A stretch of 64,000 nt of DNA from Schizochytrium sp. TIO01 (Eukaryota > Protista > Bigyra: Labyrinthulomycetes), in assembly GCA_004764695.1 (NCBI GenBank), contig SMSO01000031.1, forward strand, positions 9,592,761-9,656,760. Reading direction: 5' to 3'. The notes beneath the pieces are model-generated. The model saw only the letters and a list, made by a program, of their open reading frames with translations. It was not told the origin of the DNA and searched no databases. The stretch's first letter is position 1. Every line of letters starts with the position of its first letter. Both the position numbers and the translations under genes were made by a program. Below are positions 1-13,399 of this stretch, piece after piece.

Positions 1-21
1 GCTCGGGACTAGACAGCCACG

Positions 22-2403
22 ATGGGGTCCGGCAAGGAAGCAAACGATGACAAAAACCAAGAGCAGGAGCAGCAAGGCCAAGATGAAGAGGTGGAGTGGG
101 ACGAGCAGGAAAAACTAGAGGCACAGGAAAAGGCGCATGCAAAGATTACCGCCAACAGCGCCAAGAACCTGGCCACCATTGAAGTACCTGACTCCGCAAG
201 ACCCGATCTCGGTCTCGGCGCGATCCGCAGATGTGCCATGCCATTTGGCCCCGAGCTCTCCGTGAAGGGCATGCGCACGCTTTATGAAGTCTTTCGCAAC
301 ACCGCTGAGAACCACAGTGACCGCCCTTGCATGGGTACTCGCTCCGTGGATAAAGATGGCAAGGCAGGGCCTTTCAACTGGCTCACGTACCGGGAGGTCC
401 AGATTCGTGCCATGAACTTTGCAGCAGGTCTCATGCACTTAGATGTGGTCCAGCCCAACGAGGAGAACCACCGTCTTCTTGGCTTCTTCGCTGTCAACCA
501 GCGAGGTCTGGTTATCTGTGAAATTGGTGCAATGTCGCAGCGCGTTGTGCCAGTTCCGTTGTACGCAACCCTTGGCATGGAGGCCGTCGAGCACATCATT
601 GAACAGACTGAGATGCGCGTTGTAGTCTGCAATACCTCCGAGTTTGAAGATACTCTGCTAAAATCCGAAAAGGTTATGGACCAACTCACAACTGTAATTC
701 TTCTCGATGAGGATGTTGGCGGCGCCCGTCTGGACGAGCTTGTCAAGGCAGCCTCCAAGTTTGATGTCAAGGTTTACACCTTGCCGCAGGTAGAGGAGCT
801 TGGCGAAGCCCACCCGCGTCCTGTCAACATTCCAAGTGGCAAGGACCTTGCTGTGCTCTGCTACACCAGTGGCTCCACCGGTATGCCCAAGGGTGTCCTC
901 ATCACGCACAGTGGCTTGATTTCAGCTGTTGCTGGTTTGCGCCACTTTGGCCTTGACATTCACCCGACCGATGTCCACCTCTCGTACCTTCCTCTTGCTC
1001 ACATCTTTGAGCGTGTTCTGACCTACGCAATGTTTTATGGTGGTGCATCTGTCGGTTTTTACCGCGGAAGCCCAAAGCACATTCTTGGAGACCTTAAGGA
1101 ACTTCGCCCGACTATCTTTCCCACTGTGCCGCGCCTCTTGAACAAAATGCATGACTCCATCTGGACCAAGGTTCGCGAAGCCGGCGGTGCACAGAAGATC
1201 GTCTTCGAGAACGTTCTCCAGGCCAAGCTTGAGGCACTCCATGGAGTGACGACAAGCGATAAGCTCTATGCGCTCATGGAAGATGCTGACATCAAGGATT
1301 GGCTGTTTGGTCGGACCTTGAAAGACAAGGTAGAGGATCTGCGCACTGGACGTATTCTTCGTCAGATTGCCGGTGGCAGTGACGAGGATGTAGACAACGC
1401 TGGTGGATTCCAGCAGTGGCTTTTCAAAAAGGTGCTCAGCTCCAAGTCTCACAAGGATCCCAAGGTGGAATTCGGTAGTGACGAATCGGAGTCGACCTCG
1501 GGCAAAAAGCCTAAGCCCCTCTCTGATAAGGTCTTTGACCGTTTCATCTTTAAAGCAATCAAGGAGAAGCTTGGCCTCGACCGCACTCGTATCATCGCTG
1601 TGGGATCCGCACCTATTACTGGTGAAGTTTTGGACTTCTTCCGCTGCGTGCTCGGTATCCCTGTACTCAATGCTTTTGGTTCCACGGAGAGCTCTTGTGT
1701 AATTTCCATCACTCACCCTGATGATGTTACCAGTGGCCATGTTGGTATTCCTGTGCCTTGTAACGAAGTTCGACTCAATGATGTGAGCGATATGGGTTAC
1801 AAGGCCACAGACACGGAGCACAACGGCGAGCCATGCTTGGGACGTGGTGAAATTTGCTTTCGCGGACCCAACGTGTTCCAGGGATACTATAAGATGGAGG
1901 AGAAGACCGCAGAGACCATCGACGATGAGGGCTGGTGCATGACTGGTGACATTGGCATGTGGACAGCAGATGGCAAGCTCAAGATCATCGATCGCAAGAA
2001 GAACATCTTCAAGCTCGCACAAGGAGAGTACATTGCCCCGGAGAAGGTCGAAAACGCTTACTGTCGTGCAGACTTGATCGAGTCAATGTTCGTGTATGGC
2101 GACTCTGAACAGTCTCAACTCGTTGCGGTGGTACATCCTGATGCTGATGTTGTCAAGGAAACTGGTTTCGACATGGAGTCCAAGGAACTCCACGACAAGA
2201 TTCAGGAGGAGCTTGATCAGCAGGCTGATGCTGCTGGCCTTAAGGGTTTCGAGCGAGTTCGTGCCTTCCATGTCGAGCCCAAGCCATTTAGCGATGTTGA
2301 TGGCATCGTTACTGCCACAGCGAAGCTTAAGCGCTCTGCTGCGGAGAAGTACTACAAGGATGTCATTGACGAGCTCTACAAGGAGCTTAAGGAAAAGAAA
2401 TAA
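22..2403 (+). CDS. Long-chain fatty acyl-CoA synthetase (ACSL/LACS family, AMP-binding), 793 aa, intronless
   Basis: AMP-binding signature YTSGSTGMPKG, LSYLPLAHIFER, FGSTE, GEICFRGPNVFQGYYK, TGDIG...KIIDRKKNIFKLAQGEYIAPEKVE. Acidic N-terminal extension and expanded central linker. Confidence 0.97.
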   Translation: MGSGKEANDDKNQEQEQQGQDEEVEWDEQEKLEAQEKAHAKITANSAKNLATIEVPDSARPDLGLGAIRRCAMPFGPELSVKGMRTLYEVFRNTAENHSDRPCMGTRSVDKDGKAGPFNWLTYREVQIRAMNFAAGLMHLDVVQPNEENHRLLGFFAVNQRGLVICEIGAMSQRVVPVPLYATLGMEAVEHIIEQTEMRVVVCNTSEFEDTLLKSEKVMDQLTTVILLDEDVGGARLDELVKAASKFDVKVYTLPQVEELGEAHPRPVNIPSGKDLAVLCYTSGSTGMPKGVLITHSGLISAVAGLRHFGLDIHPTDVHLSYLPLAHIFERVLTYAMFYGGASVGFYRGSPKHILGDLKELRPTIFPTVPRLLNKMHDSIWTKVREAGGAQKIVFENVLQAKLEALHGVTTSDKLYALMEDADIKDWLFGRTLKDKVEDLRTGRILRQIAGGSDEDVDNAGGFQQWLFKKVLSSKSHKDPKVEFGSDESESTSGKKPKPLSDKVFDRFIFKAIKEKLGLDRTRIIAVGSAPITGEVLDFFRCVLGIPVLNAFGSTESSCVISITHPDDVTSGHVGIPVPCNEVRLNDVSDMGYKATDTEHNGEPCLGRGEICFRGPNVFQGYYKMEEKTAETIDDEGWCMTGDIGMWTADGKLKIIDRKKNIFKLAQGEYIAPEKVENAYCRADLIESMFVYGDSEQSQLVAVVHPDADVVKETGFDMESKELHDKIQEELDQQADAAGLKGFERVRAFHVEPKPFSDVDGIVTATAKLKRSAAEKYYKDVIDELYKELKEKK

Positions 2404-5400
2404 AATTCACCAATGAACAGGTGACTACACTGTTACAATAATTCTACTAATGTCTCATGTTATGGACATGAATGGCATACCTCTTAAGTCACACCATTTG
2501 CTTGTTACTTACTACAAGCCTATCTAGATTTTAGCATTAATTGGTTGATGTGACTAATCTTTAAAAGTATAATTCTTTGCACAAGTATTTCGACCGACGA
2601 CGTTTCGTTGCTTTCCCCAACCCATTGTTTTGCATGCATATGCAAACTTGCCTTCTCGTTTTACAGTTGCACTGCCTTTATTTCCTCGAGTTGTTATGAA
2701 AATGCGCGTGTGCACATGTGTCACAGTCGTCAACTCACATAAATCTACAAAATGTTAGCATAAATTTCGAAATTCGCTCTTCAACTTTTTTTCTTCTCCT
2801 TTATTTTGAAAAAAGTTAAGTCGAATAAACTAATTTCTTGAATTTAGATACTGTACACCCAACCACACCAGCATTCCTCAGACCCTTCAATACATGTGTA
2901 AGAAGTTTGAATGAAGTTTAGCAATCGGTTCATTTTTTATTTTTTCCCTCCTGACTAATGATATCCACAAACATCGCCAAAACACGCTCTTAACATTTAT
3001 GGCGTTTACAGCCTGCCATCAACGGCTTACCTAGAAAATCGTAGACAAAATTCGACAGTAAGACCTTGAAAAGAGTATGTACCCTCAAGTCTCGAACTTA
3101 TTGTGCAACCAAAATAGTTTCTAAGAGTAAGGCCAACAGAGATTAGACATTTTCAAGCGACGCACTAAAGTATATACTGACAGTAAGACTAGATACTTCC
3201 CAGCCTGGGATGGAAAATGACTTTTTCATTCGACTCTCTTTCATACCTCGCCTACGAGTAATATGCAAAAGAAATAAGAGGCTCCGAGCCGAAATTTCCT
3301 CTGCAACTGCCATCCTTTACATCGTAGACAGGAGAAATATGAACAACAAGTATGAGGTACTCTCTGCAACAACGATTCGCTATTTCGACGAACAAGCCTG
3401 TTCGGGAGTAGATTCACTATTCTTCAGTAGTGAAGAAAGAAGTCTTGACTTCGAAACGTGCAGCGGGGTTCAGATTTGCACTGGCAGAACTTTCAAGAGG
3501 GCCACGAACAGTACTGCTGATAGACCTCGCTGTAGACTCACGGATAATTCTATCACGTACGCCATGGGCGATACTAACTTGAAGTTGGTCATTATTCGGC
3601 AGGTTTGGATTCAAGCTTTTCCGCATAGGTAACCCAAATTTTCGTGCAAGATGTAACCAGCAGCCAATCTTTATCAAGACACGATGTACCTCCTTTCTTC
3701 TAGGGAAAGACACGCATCGTTAATGTTGTCAAGTTGCTGCCTCCTAACGAGTCAATAGCTTTGTATATCTACGTTTGCACTGAGCCAGTTTAGGTATTAA
3801 ATCTATAATAAGACTTTGGCGGGCACTCATAATGAACCTTTAAATAAAACTAGATGCGCATATTTATAAGAAGGAAGTTGAAGACATCCCCTAAAATAGC
3901 GAGTGAAAGTTTCATCAGCAGATTTCCTTTTATCTACCAAGAGCTGTTGATGAGACCAGCTTAAAAAGTAAGTAAGTGAGGAGAACGTTGACCGGTTTCT
4001 TTTTCTTTAGGGGCTCTTTCCGTAGGCAAGAGGCGAGAGAGATTTGGCAATTTGGTCAAATAAGAACTCAATACTTTAGAGCTCCAATACGAAAGGCGCG
4101 CGCAATTGTTGCATATCATGATGATTTAATTTTAAAAAATAGCAAGTATTAGAAATATATTCTGAGCTTATTGTTTGGAGATGTTTGCTATCAAAACTCT
4201 TGGGACACGAAGCGGGTTATATCTATAAATTGCGAGCTTTTGTTTGATTTAACAGAATGCAAAAGATAAACCAATAAAAAGCTATTGATAAACGGTGTCT
4301 CCCTTCCGAAAATAGATGTCTCGATAGCTCAACACGAAGTTTAGGGTCTCGCATGCCTGTTTTGTCGTTTTTATTCTTCCAAATAACAATAGCATACGGT
4401 AACATTGAGTTTCCAAAAAGATGTAGATTCGTGCTTGAAACATTTGAGTCACCTTTTGATTTGGAGTGGGATGCATTGGCGCGAAAAAAAGAAAGATTAC
4501 ATGGTTACAGAAAAACTGAATTTTTCTGTTATCCTAGATGGGTTGAGTCGACAATCCCAAATCGCTAACTTTTCAAGCTTAATTTGCCCTAATATTTATC
4601 GAAGATAATTGAAAAGCAGTGCAAGTTTCGGGGGTTCTTGCCGCAGGTTCCCTTGCGTTATTCTTTCGTCCGTAGCGATGCAAAATATCGCTTCGAAAAC
4701 ACTTTTTTGGAATAAAGATTAGAGCATCCCTAAAATGAAAACCTCGTTGTTTCTCTCTCTGGTTTACAAAGTAAGGTCTTCTTGGCGAAAATAAAGCAAG
4801 GAGAAAGCGAGAAGCTAGTAGACGGATGTAATATACATATGTTTATGAACGAGTTATCTGTCCTCCAGCATGTAGAGACAGACCTAATTAGGTAGGAGCT
4901 GTTCTGTTTTCGATACTCCGCTGGAGCGGAATGAAACAAGCGCCCTAGCACGAAGCCGTTGCGGGAATATGTATCGCAAGACCTCGGCTTACACACGATT
5001 ATTCCGCGAGTGTAAGAAAAGCTAAACTCCCAACTAATTTGAGTAGAGCTGTTTTACCCTGGGCCTGCAAAATATGTGCATTGAGCTAGTTTGCCGACTT
5101 TGCTTAGAATGGCAGCAGGCGCCAGAGCGAGTTCTTTTCGAGCGCCCGCGCAGTTTCTCTCTCGAACAAGATCTTCTGCTCCTCGGAGGGCTCTTCTTTG
5201 CGCCATCTTTCGATCAAGAAGTGAAGATCTAGGGCCACTCAGCTCCCACCTTGGCGACATGCATACACTTTCTCTTGTGCAAGCCTCTATTCCTTCTGCT
5301 CCTCTCTAATAACATGAGCGCTGTGACCACCTACGACTACTACTTCCCACGTTATATTCTATTACTTGCAGCACCTAAGAACTAAGAAGCATGTAGGTCT

Positions 5401-5404
5401 CTAC

Positions 5405-5405
<1 letters not shown>

Positions 5406-5435
<30 letters not shown>

Positions 5436-5472
5436 TGTATGTATGTATGTATGTATGTATGTATGTATGTAT
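5406..5472. repeat. (TATG)n microsatellite, ~16 units
   Basis: Read directly from sequence. Confidence 0.97.
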
Positions 5473-8146
5473 ACACAGAGTGCGTAAGTAAGTACCTAGA
5501 AGTTACAATATGCACTTCTGGCGTTTTATAAATTCATTCTTCCTGACCGGTCTCGTTATTAGTAAATAACGGAGGAGGCAACGTATCTCGTCGGAATTGA
5601 AGAGAGAGATGGTGACCTGCTGCGATCTGCAAAACAGAGTCATGGCTCCCGCATGAACGCAGAAGTGTCTCAAGCAAGTAAAAAGCTCGACGCGAATGCT
5701 ACAGGTGGTGCTACACTATGTGTTTGTTATGTTTAAGATTGAAATTAAAGATAAAATAGACAAGAACTAAAATAATAAAATGTTTGGGAAAAACAAAAGC
5801 ATGATTTGGCGAGTCGTTAAAAAAAATAAAAAAATAAATAAATAAAGGCAGAAAAGTTATAGTAGGTAGTCCCCATACTAGTACATGAAGCTCTTATTAT
5901 ATTTTTAAATTTAAACAAGTCTTTTAATCATTATCACCGTATATTCATTTAAAAATGAAATAAAAATCAAACAAATTAACAAGTTCTTATTATTAAAAAA
6001 AACAAAAAAACAAAAAAAACCATTAGTACATAATTGCATAATTGTTTATTCTTTTAAAAAGCCAGATTAATTGCAGTTTCCAAGTTCCAGAGAATGCGTG
6101 CCGAGTAATGCAAATAAATGAGTGGAAATTTCAGGACTCTCCTATATATATGTTTATAAGAACGAATCTATGAAAAGAACAAGTGCCTCTTTTATCGAAA
6201 GAAAACGAACTTCGCTCTATTTCGATTTTGCTTTAGAGAATGTCTAAGTTGTCGTTGTAAAAACCAGCGAGTTTCTCTGTCAAGGTATTCTCTCAAGTCT
6301 ACGGAAAACGCAGTTTTGACAAAGGACAAACCAACAACAATGATTGATTTGTTTCATGGTTTGAGGAAAGGGAAAATACCTACGTATATCCGGACATTTA
6401 TATATTTTCAGGAAATAAATGTAATATAAAATGTAAACTTCTTCTTATTTTGTAATATTCACCAGGAAAGAAAAGAAGAGAAGCCACTGGTATTGAGATC
6501 GTTTGTTGGTATACCCACGAAACAACAAATAAGAAACTACCTACTACCTACCGTATCTGCTACGATAAAAACTACACAGTGTTGGAAACAACATCAAACA
6601 CATATATACTTATATATATGTAGCAGTTTCTTCGAAGACTACAACCTCTCTTCAACGCCATAGGATGTCACAACGTAGTTATTAAAACTGACCTATCTTA
6701 GAACATCCATGAGTTGAGAGGAAATTTGAGCGTAATCCCTGCTAGTGGCATTTAGCATATAATAAACATCTGTCGTTATAAAAATGATATATTATCCACC
6801 CAGAATGAATTATTTATTTCGTGGCAAAGCAAGACGCGTCAACGCTCTAAGTAGTCTAATGAAAAATAAATATGAAATCATTGTATATAGGTTTTCTCGT
6901 CCGAGAATATGTATTCAAAAGTAAAGCAATTCCTATTTTTCGCCATGCAATTAGTTAAGCATTATAGTCCATTTTTCAAAACCTATTTATCACACGAAAC
7001 TAGAATAAAGATTTTAGGTGCTTCTGAGGCGATTTATTATGATACCTATGTTACAATGAAGCATTTGAAATGTCAATGCAGCACTCATTTGAGTACTCAA
7101 CTTTTTGTTAGAAGTGCTTCAAGGAGATAATTATTGATGAATATCACCGTCGGATGCGTCAAAGCTCAAATTCAAAATTGCATAATGCTCAATTTCTCTA
7201 CCTTCATTGTTCTGCAACGAAACTACTAAGCACCCGTCGCGAAACCTCAAATTCTTTGTGAAACATAGACTTCCTAAAACAGAGCTCCCTCTCTTCAAAA
7301 CTAAAAAAAAACAGCAAAACAAAAATACCTTTTATGAAGATTTTTGCATTGGAGGGGGGTTTGTGATACTGAGTGATATTACATGCTGCTCATTATTCAA
7401 GAGTCTCAGGATGTGAGGCTTTGGTTTCTCTGGGTTGTTGACTCGAACAAATGCAATACCCAGGAGTAGTGCCTGTGCTATATAAGTTGACTCAAGGTAC
7501 CTAGATCTTTACTGCTGGTAGTCTTCGTCAGTTTCTTCACTCGCAATTCTACAGAAAACGCTGGCGCGATGTTTTTATAAATGAAATTATAAGTTTTCAC
7601 GGGCCACTACAACAGAAGCAATAGTACTACTGTGCTACCTATGTGCTTAGGTGCACAATACAGAAATAGTGAGTGAGTTTAAAGTTAAGTTTTAATATAA
7701 AATTATGAAAGAACTTTCACTTAGAACCTGACAGTTAGCAGATTCAAGATAATTAATTGAAAACCAACCCATCACTTCCTCCTACCTACCTGCATAGTTC
7801 TTTTCCCGCAATAAAGGTGGTAGGTACGTCTACGCTCTGCATGCAGTTCGACGTCTGTATAAGAAATCCCAAGCCTCGCTTAGTAGACCAACATTATTCT
7901 AATTTAAGCGTGCCCAAGTTCACTCGCTCATTCACTCTCTCATCTGAATCCTTCATATCCCTTTTTAGTCCCTTTATTCCTTCATTCACTGCGTACAATA
8001 CCCCCTTCTCTTCCCTATGGACACCGGCGCTCAGTTTTTAATCAAGAAGAAAGCCAAACAAACTACTCTGTAGAATATGCTTTTATTCATTCATTCATCG
8101 ATTCACCCTAAGAAGCCATACTGACATTTCGATCAATCGATTGCCT

Positions 8147-8207
8147 CATTCATTCATTCATTCATTCATTCATTCATTCATTCATTCACTCGCTCACTCA
8201 CTCACTC
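8147..8207. repeat. Compound (CATT)n/(CACT)n microsatellite
   Basis: Read directly from sequence. Confidence 0.9.
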
Positions 8208-9153
8208 AGAAAGGCGCCTCTCGCGTGCGTGGTTTTGCTATTGCAGCTAAAATCACTGCGAGTAAGCACATCGATAAATCAGCAAATTACTTCATGCAGT
8301 CACAGTCAGTCAGCCATCCAATCCAGCAAGCAACAAGCAGAGCAATTAATCTACACGCCAAAAACTCAATCTGAGCGTGGTTACTACTCCCTAGGAGGGA
8401 GGTCTTCGCGCTGGGCGTCGCTTGCGAGTACCCAGAGGCTGTTTCTTTTCCCGGGTGCGGGATGCCGCCCGAGCTCCGCTCCCGTTCGCACCCCGATTGT
8501 CTCCGATTGCAGCACGTTTGGTCCAAGCTCGGGTTCAAGAAATTGAGGCCTTTTCAGGAGCATGCCCGTTCTTCTGTCCGAGTGGAGCAGCCTCCAATTC
8601 CATCATTTCCATCATGTTTGTAAGAAACTACAAACGACCAAACGGCATGCGTGGCGAATCTCGAAATTCAATCCATCGTGGCCCACATTCATTGATCGAT
8701 TGATTGATAGATTGATTGATTGGCACAGCGATCTTGCTTCGGCCCGCTCGTGAGGAAACCAAATTCAACTCCGTGGCCGTCGACAGAGAGCGAGAGCAGA
8801 GCAAGAGGGAGGAAGCTTGGTTTTGGCGAGCGACCAAGGCATTGCGTTGCGTGATGGCAGGCGAATGAATCGTCAGGAACTGGAGATCGAATTCGGGCTG
8901 CTTGGCACGATCCTCTTTTCTGCCCAATTCTGAAAATCTGGTTGAGATTGAGATTATTTATTTCTGGACCGTTTGCGATCGTCATTGACTGACTGGAACG
9001 TTGGCGTACCTTGCGCCACCTTTTACGAAAGCAGAGCGATTGATCGCACAAACATTACGATGGTGACATCACAGCTCTTCGAATGGTGCTTCGAAGATCC
9101 CACGGTGGCGATGTTGCTCACTTGCAGCTCCCATCCGACGTCTGCTCGTGGTT

Positions 9154-9210
9154 GCTTGGAGGCTTGGAGGCTTGGAGGCTTGGAGGCTTGAAGCCTTGAA
9201 GCCTTGAAGG
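9154..9210. repeat. 8-bp tandem repeat (GCTTGGAG grading to CCTTGAAG)
   Basis: About 7 units read directly from sequence. Confidence 0.85.
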
Positions 9211-12104
9211 CTCGTTCGTTTTCTTACTTACAGAGGAAGCACAGTTCATGCCAATTTTGAGGACAGAACTCACTGCCGGTTTTATTGTAATTACCTGAGT
9301 GGGCGCATGTATGCATGTATGCGTTTGGCAGTGCAAGGCAGAAGCTCGTTCTTCACGACGGCTTCAAGGGCCACAACGATCCAATCCACCTTATGGCGTG
9401 TACAACAGAGAAGACCTCATCTTTCTGGCGTGCAAATTACGAGGATCGGTAGGTACAACTTCGAGCAAACCTTTGTAGCATATTGTATAAAATCGATGAC
9501 CGTATGCGTATGTTGTACCAACCCAGAAGAAAGAGGAGAACTAACTGCCTTCATTTCAGGATCACTTACAGCTTGCTATCTTCAACTCGTTGAAAACGCC
9601 ATTCTCCAATATGATCTGACGTCGAGCTGGAGACCAGTTTCGCCTGAAGCTCCTTAATGGAGGCGGGTGCAACTTAATTACTTACTTAGGAAGCGCTTTT
9701 GTTTTCATAATTGCCAGTAGGTACCAAGTGTCGGGTCTGCCAAACTTCATTTCCTTCACCGGCATTTCTTCAAGTCCAACCCGTGGCCAACATGCCACGC
9801 CAGCACACAAGAGCGGTCTAAATATTGGTGCGTTTCAAAGTTTTCTTCCTTGCTTCTTCTTCTTTATCATCATTCTTGAGAAATAAAATAAGATAAAATA
9901 AATAAAATGAATTAATGATTTAATGAAAATACAGTTCTTCCGCGACATTCTTCAATTCATTTAGAAAAATGCAGTCGGCGAAAAGAAAGAATAAGAAAAT
10001 GGAAAGAAAGAAAGAAAGAAAAAAACAAAAACAAACAAACAAACAAACAAACAAAGAAAAGCGAGAAAAGACGAGCAAGAGTGCCATATGGAGGCTTGCT
10101 TGTGCAAATGAAGAGGATACTGCTGTGACACGCCGGTCACATCATCGTTCGCTGGCAACGTAAGATCCGTCCGAGATCGCGCCGTGGCCCGAATGATCTC
10201 CGAGATGGCTGCCTCTGATGGATTAAATCAAGCAAGAGTGGTCTCCACTGAGACAGGCTGAAAGCTTTCTTTCGTTAGTCTCTTCGAAATTATCGCTTCA
10301 AGCTTCCACATTTTGGCATCACTACAGGAAAATAAAACAGACTACTACCTAGAAATAGCTTTCTTTGCTCTTCCTTTCCTTCACTAAGGCGACCACTCTG
10401 GTTCCTGAAGGACCTACCAGATGAAGAAGAAGAAGGCTTTGGAGGCAGCGCAGCGAACGACAATGAGATCGATCATGAACTTGAAGTTGGAATGAATCGA
10501 AAGCAAGCAAACAAACAAGCAAGCAAGCAAGCAAGCAAGCACCTCCAGCTGCACCTAACTAAAGGTTATTCTGCTGCCCAATTTACCTTTTTGGATGGTC
10601 AACTGACGAGCACTCCAATCGAAGCGTTTGGCATCTCTTGTTGCGATGCGGTGCGGTGCTGTGCTGGATGGAGCAATCGATCAGCATTGGGCTTCTTCAA
10701 CGCTACAATCTTGCTGCAAGAATGCTGCTTGCTTGCAAGAAGGTGGCAGCGTTGTGCGATGACCCCGATCTCAAAGGATTGCACTGCCGTAGGAAGTGAG
10801 CGAGAGCACGAGATTTTAGTTTCACCGCCTCCGCTCGAGCCTTGCGATAGGAACCCACCAAGGAACACAAAGCAGCACTTGGCCAGGTCGATGTTTGGCG
10901 CTCAAGACCCGTCACTTACCAAAACGGAGGTTGAGGCGGCGGAGTTCACGCATTCACATTGCGCTTTTGATCCGGCAATGTGCTGCCGTGTGAATGAGTT
11001 CTCGTCATGAACCTGTCATGGATGTGGCTCATGGATGATGATGATGTGCATGCCTGCATGCAGTCACCGTTGTTATCGTCGGCAATGAAGCTTGCTTCTC
11101 CTCGTCTGACCTCGGCACGAGTTCTCCAGCCTCAGCGCGACCGCCTCGCCCACCCGGCCGTGAGGAGGGAGGGAGGTCGAGAGTGCCGTCGCGTGGCACC
11201 CTGTCACCGCGGCGAGACACGCTGAGGCACTTTGGCGGTAGCGATTGCATGCTCACTTGGTGCCGATTCACTGCCGAAGAGGAAGTGTTGGACCGCCTTG
11301 GAGCAAACACTCTTCGCCGGAGGACGCGGTGGGAAGCCGGCGAGGAACTAGCTGCAAGCTCCTCAGGAACATGGCGCTAACGCTCTCCGGCGATGCAGGC
11401 TGCTGAAGTTTTGGGGCAGGCCTGCCTGCGCAAGGGTTTGCGCAAAGCACAGAACTGCGACATTCGGGTGTGTCTCCTTCATTGGCAGTATTAATAGAGT
11501 TTTTTAATAGTTTAGAAAAGGAAAATAATAACAATTTTAAAGTACAGATATACAAACACACACAGAACAATGAATGTTTTCTCTTTGTGAGGGGCTCTCA
11601 TGATCCGTTCAGAGATTTAAAATGTCAAGCTTTTTGAAACTTGCTTGTAAATAAACTTGATCATAAATAGAAAACAGGGGCTTCACATTCACGAGCTAGT
11701 CAAAGTCTAACCTGGAACCACGGCATCAAAACATTGCATCAGCTTTTGCCAGCACCAAATTAGACATAGTTAAGCTCGGCAAATCATAGCCTCGCTTCGT
11801 GGCCACTCTATTTAATTTATTGCGACAATGGCACCGCGTAGAAAATACTATTACACGACAAAACTATTTTACTGGGTCTTCAAAAAGTAAAGTTTTTTTT
11901 TTTTTTAATATTAAAAGGATTATCATTAAAAAATATAAGAGTAGCAAAGTATGTAAAACCTCTAGATATACATTTCTTTTATTTCGTAGAATATTAAAGA
12001 CTCAACTTTTCGTATTTAAAAAAGACACAAGCTATGATCAAGTTAACATTAAGCCATATTTAAAAATATATATATATATATAAAGAGAGTGCAAAATTCA
12101 AGTG

Positions 12105-12280
12105 CTTTTCCTTCCAAAATAAAATATATACCATATAGATTAAAATAAATAAGTAAGAAAACCCATTGCTGTTGAAAAAAAAAAAGCATTTAAAAAACAG
12201 TAGTTCTTTTCCTCCTGAAATAAAATATATACCATATAGGGTAAAACAAATACGTAAACAAACTCATTGCTGTTGAAAAT
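12105..12280. repeat. Diverged ~100-bp tandem duplication in AT-rich DNA
   Basis: Both copies share AAATAAAATATATACCATATAG and CATTGCTGTTGAAAA at ~100-bp spacing. Confidence 0.85.
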
Positions 12281-13344
12281 GTTTTTCTTTAAAAAAAGAA
12301 GAAAAAAAACTATTGCTCTTAGAATAGTTAATAAATAACTTTAAAAATGTTCGGAACAGCATAATTTTGGATCAGATAAACTTTATATCTGAATGAAAAC
12401 AAGAGATCATTGCCAGTTTTAACCCAACTATTAACTTTGGCCTTTAATTCGAAGAGCACCTCCTTCTCTTGAAAAGTTACTAAATGCATAACTTACCTCT
12501 GAGATTCAAGCAAAAAGGTCTGCCCAAGGCGCTGAAAACCTTCAAGTTAAAACAAAACTTTGCATGCTTGCTCATGATGATAACCTCAAGTGTGGTGCAC
12601 TTTTCTTTTCGTGAGAACGAGCTCCAAGCCTGCATTGCCTCCTTTTACGCTTTTCTTTCCAAACAAATTGAAATAGGTTCCCGTCAATTGGAAGGCTGAT
12701 CAACCAACTTCTTTGAGCCATTCGAGTCATTTTATGATCGATCGATCTATTTTGTTTTCTTCATTTCTTATGCCAAAATAACTCCAGCTGTGCCTAGTAG
12801 CTGCTGCTGCTGCTTACGAAACGAGTCGGAGTTGAAACTCATGAAAGCTAATAAAAATGCTGATGTAAGATTGATTGGCCTAGGTACCGCCTTCTTGCAA
12901 TTCTAAAGCAATCAATTCATCGAGGTCGATGCTGAGCGATGCTGATCGATCAAAATCGTGGTGTTGGTGAGGTCTTCTAAAGCTTGTGAGTTGGAGCAGG
13001 GGAAGGCTTTCTCAATCGCTACTGGATTTCGGAAGACGCTAAGAGGGGGAAGAGGGAAGGAACTTGAACGAGGTTTTGCAGGCCCTGACGAGTCTGGTAG
13101 GGAGGGGTGTGCAGTACCTATTCGTTATCTAATGTACTTTGTGCCTGTAGTCTCCTGATCAAAGCTGATTTCTTGCCTCAACAGCGCTTCCTGCGGCTGC
13201 TAATATGATCGTGATTTGCATGGCCCTGTTTATGAGAAGCTCTAGCAATCTCGGGAGTGGCAATGGTGATTAATGGCACCGAAATTGAAGCTATGAAGTG
13301 ATGGGAAACCACAACTTACGCTTCTTGTTCAACGCATTCTAGCT

Positions 13345-13399
<55 letters not shown>
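13345..13399. repeat. (AGCA)n microsatellite
   Basis: Read directly; a shorter array of the same unit lies at ~10502-10540. Confidence 0.95.

Noticed and set aside
922-2022. 366-aa minus-strand ORF
   Set aside because: Antisense shadow of the codon-biased acyl-CoA synthetase; no independent motifs.
3210-3632. 140-aa ORF considered as a transposon remnant
   Set aside because: No transposase, RT or integrase motif, and no terminal repeats seen.
10492-11010. 172-aa ORF in a GC-rich island
   Set aside because: Begins in an (AGCA)n microsatellite; composition is not protein-like and there is no domain.
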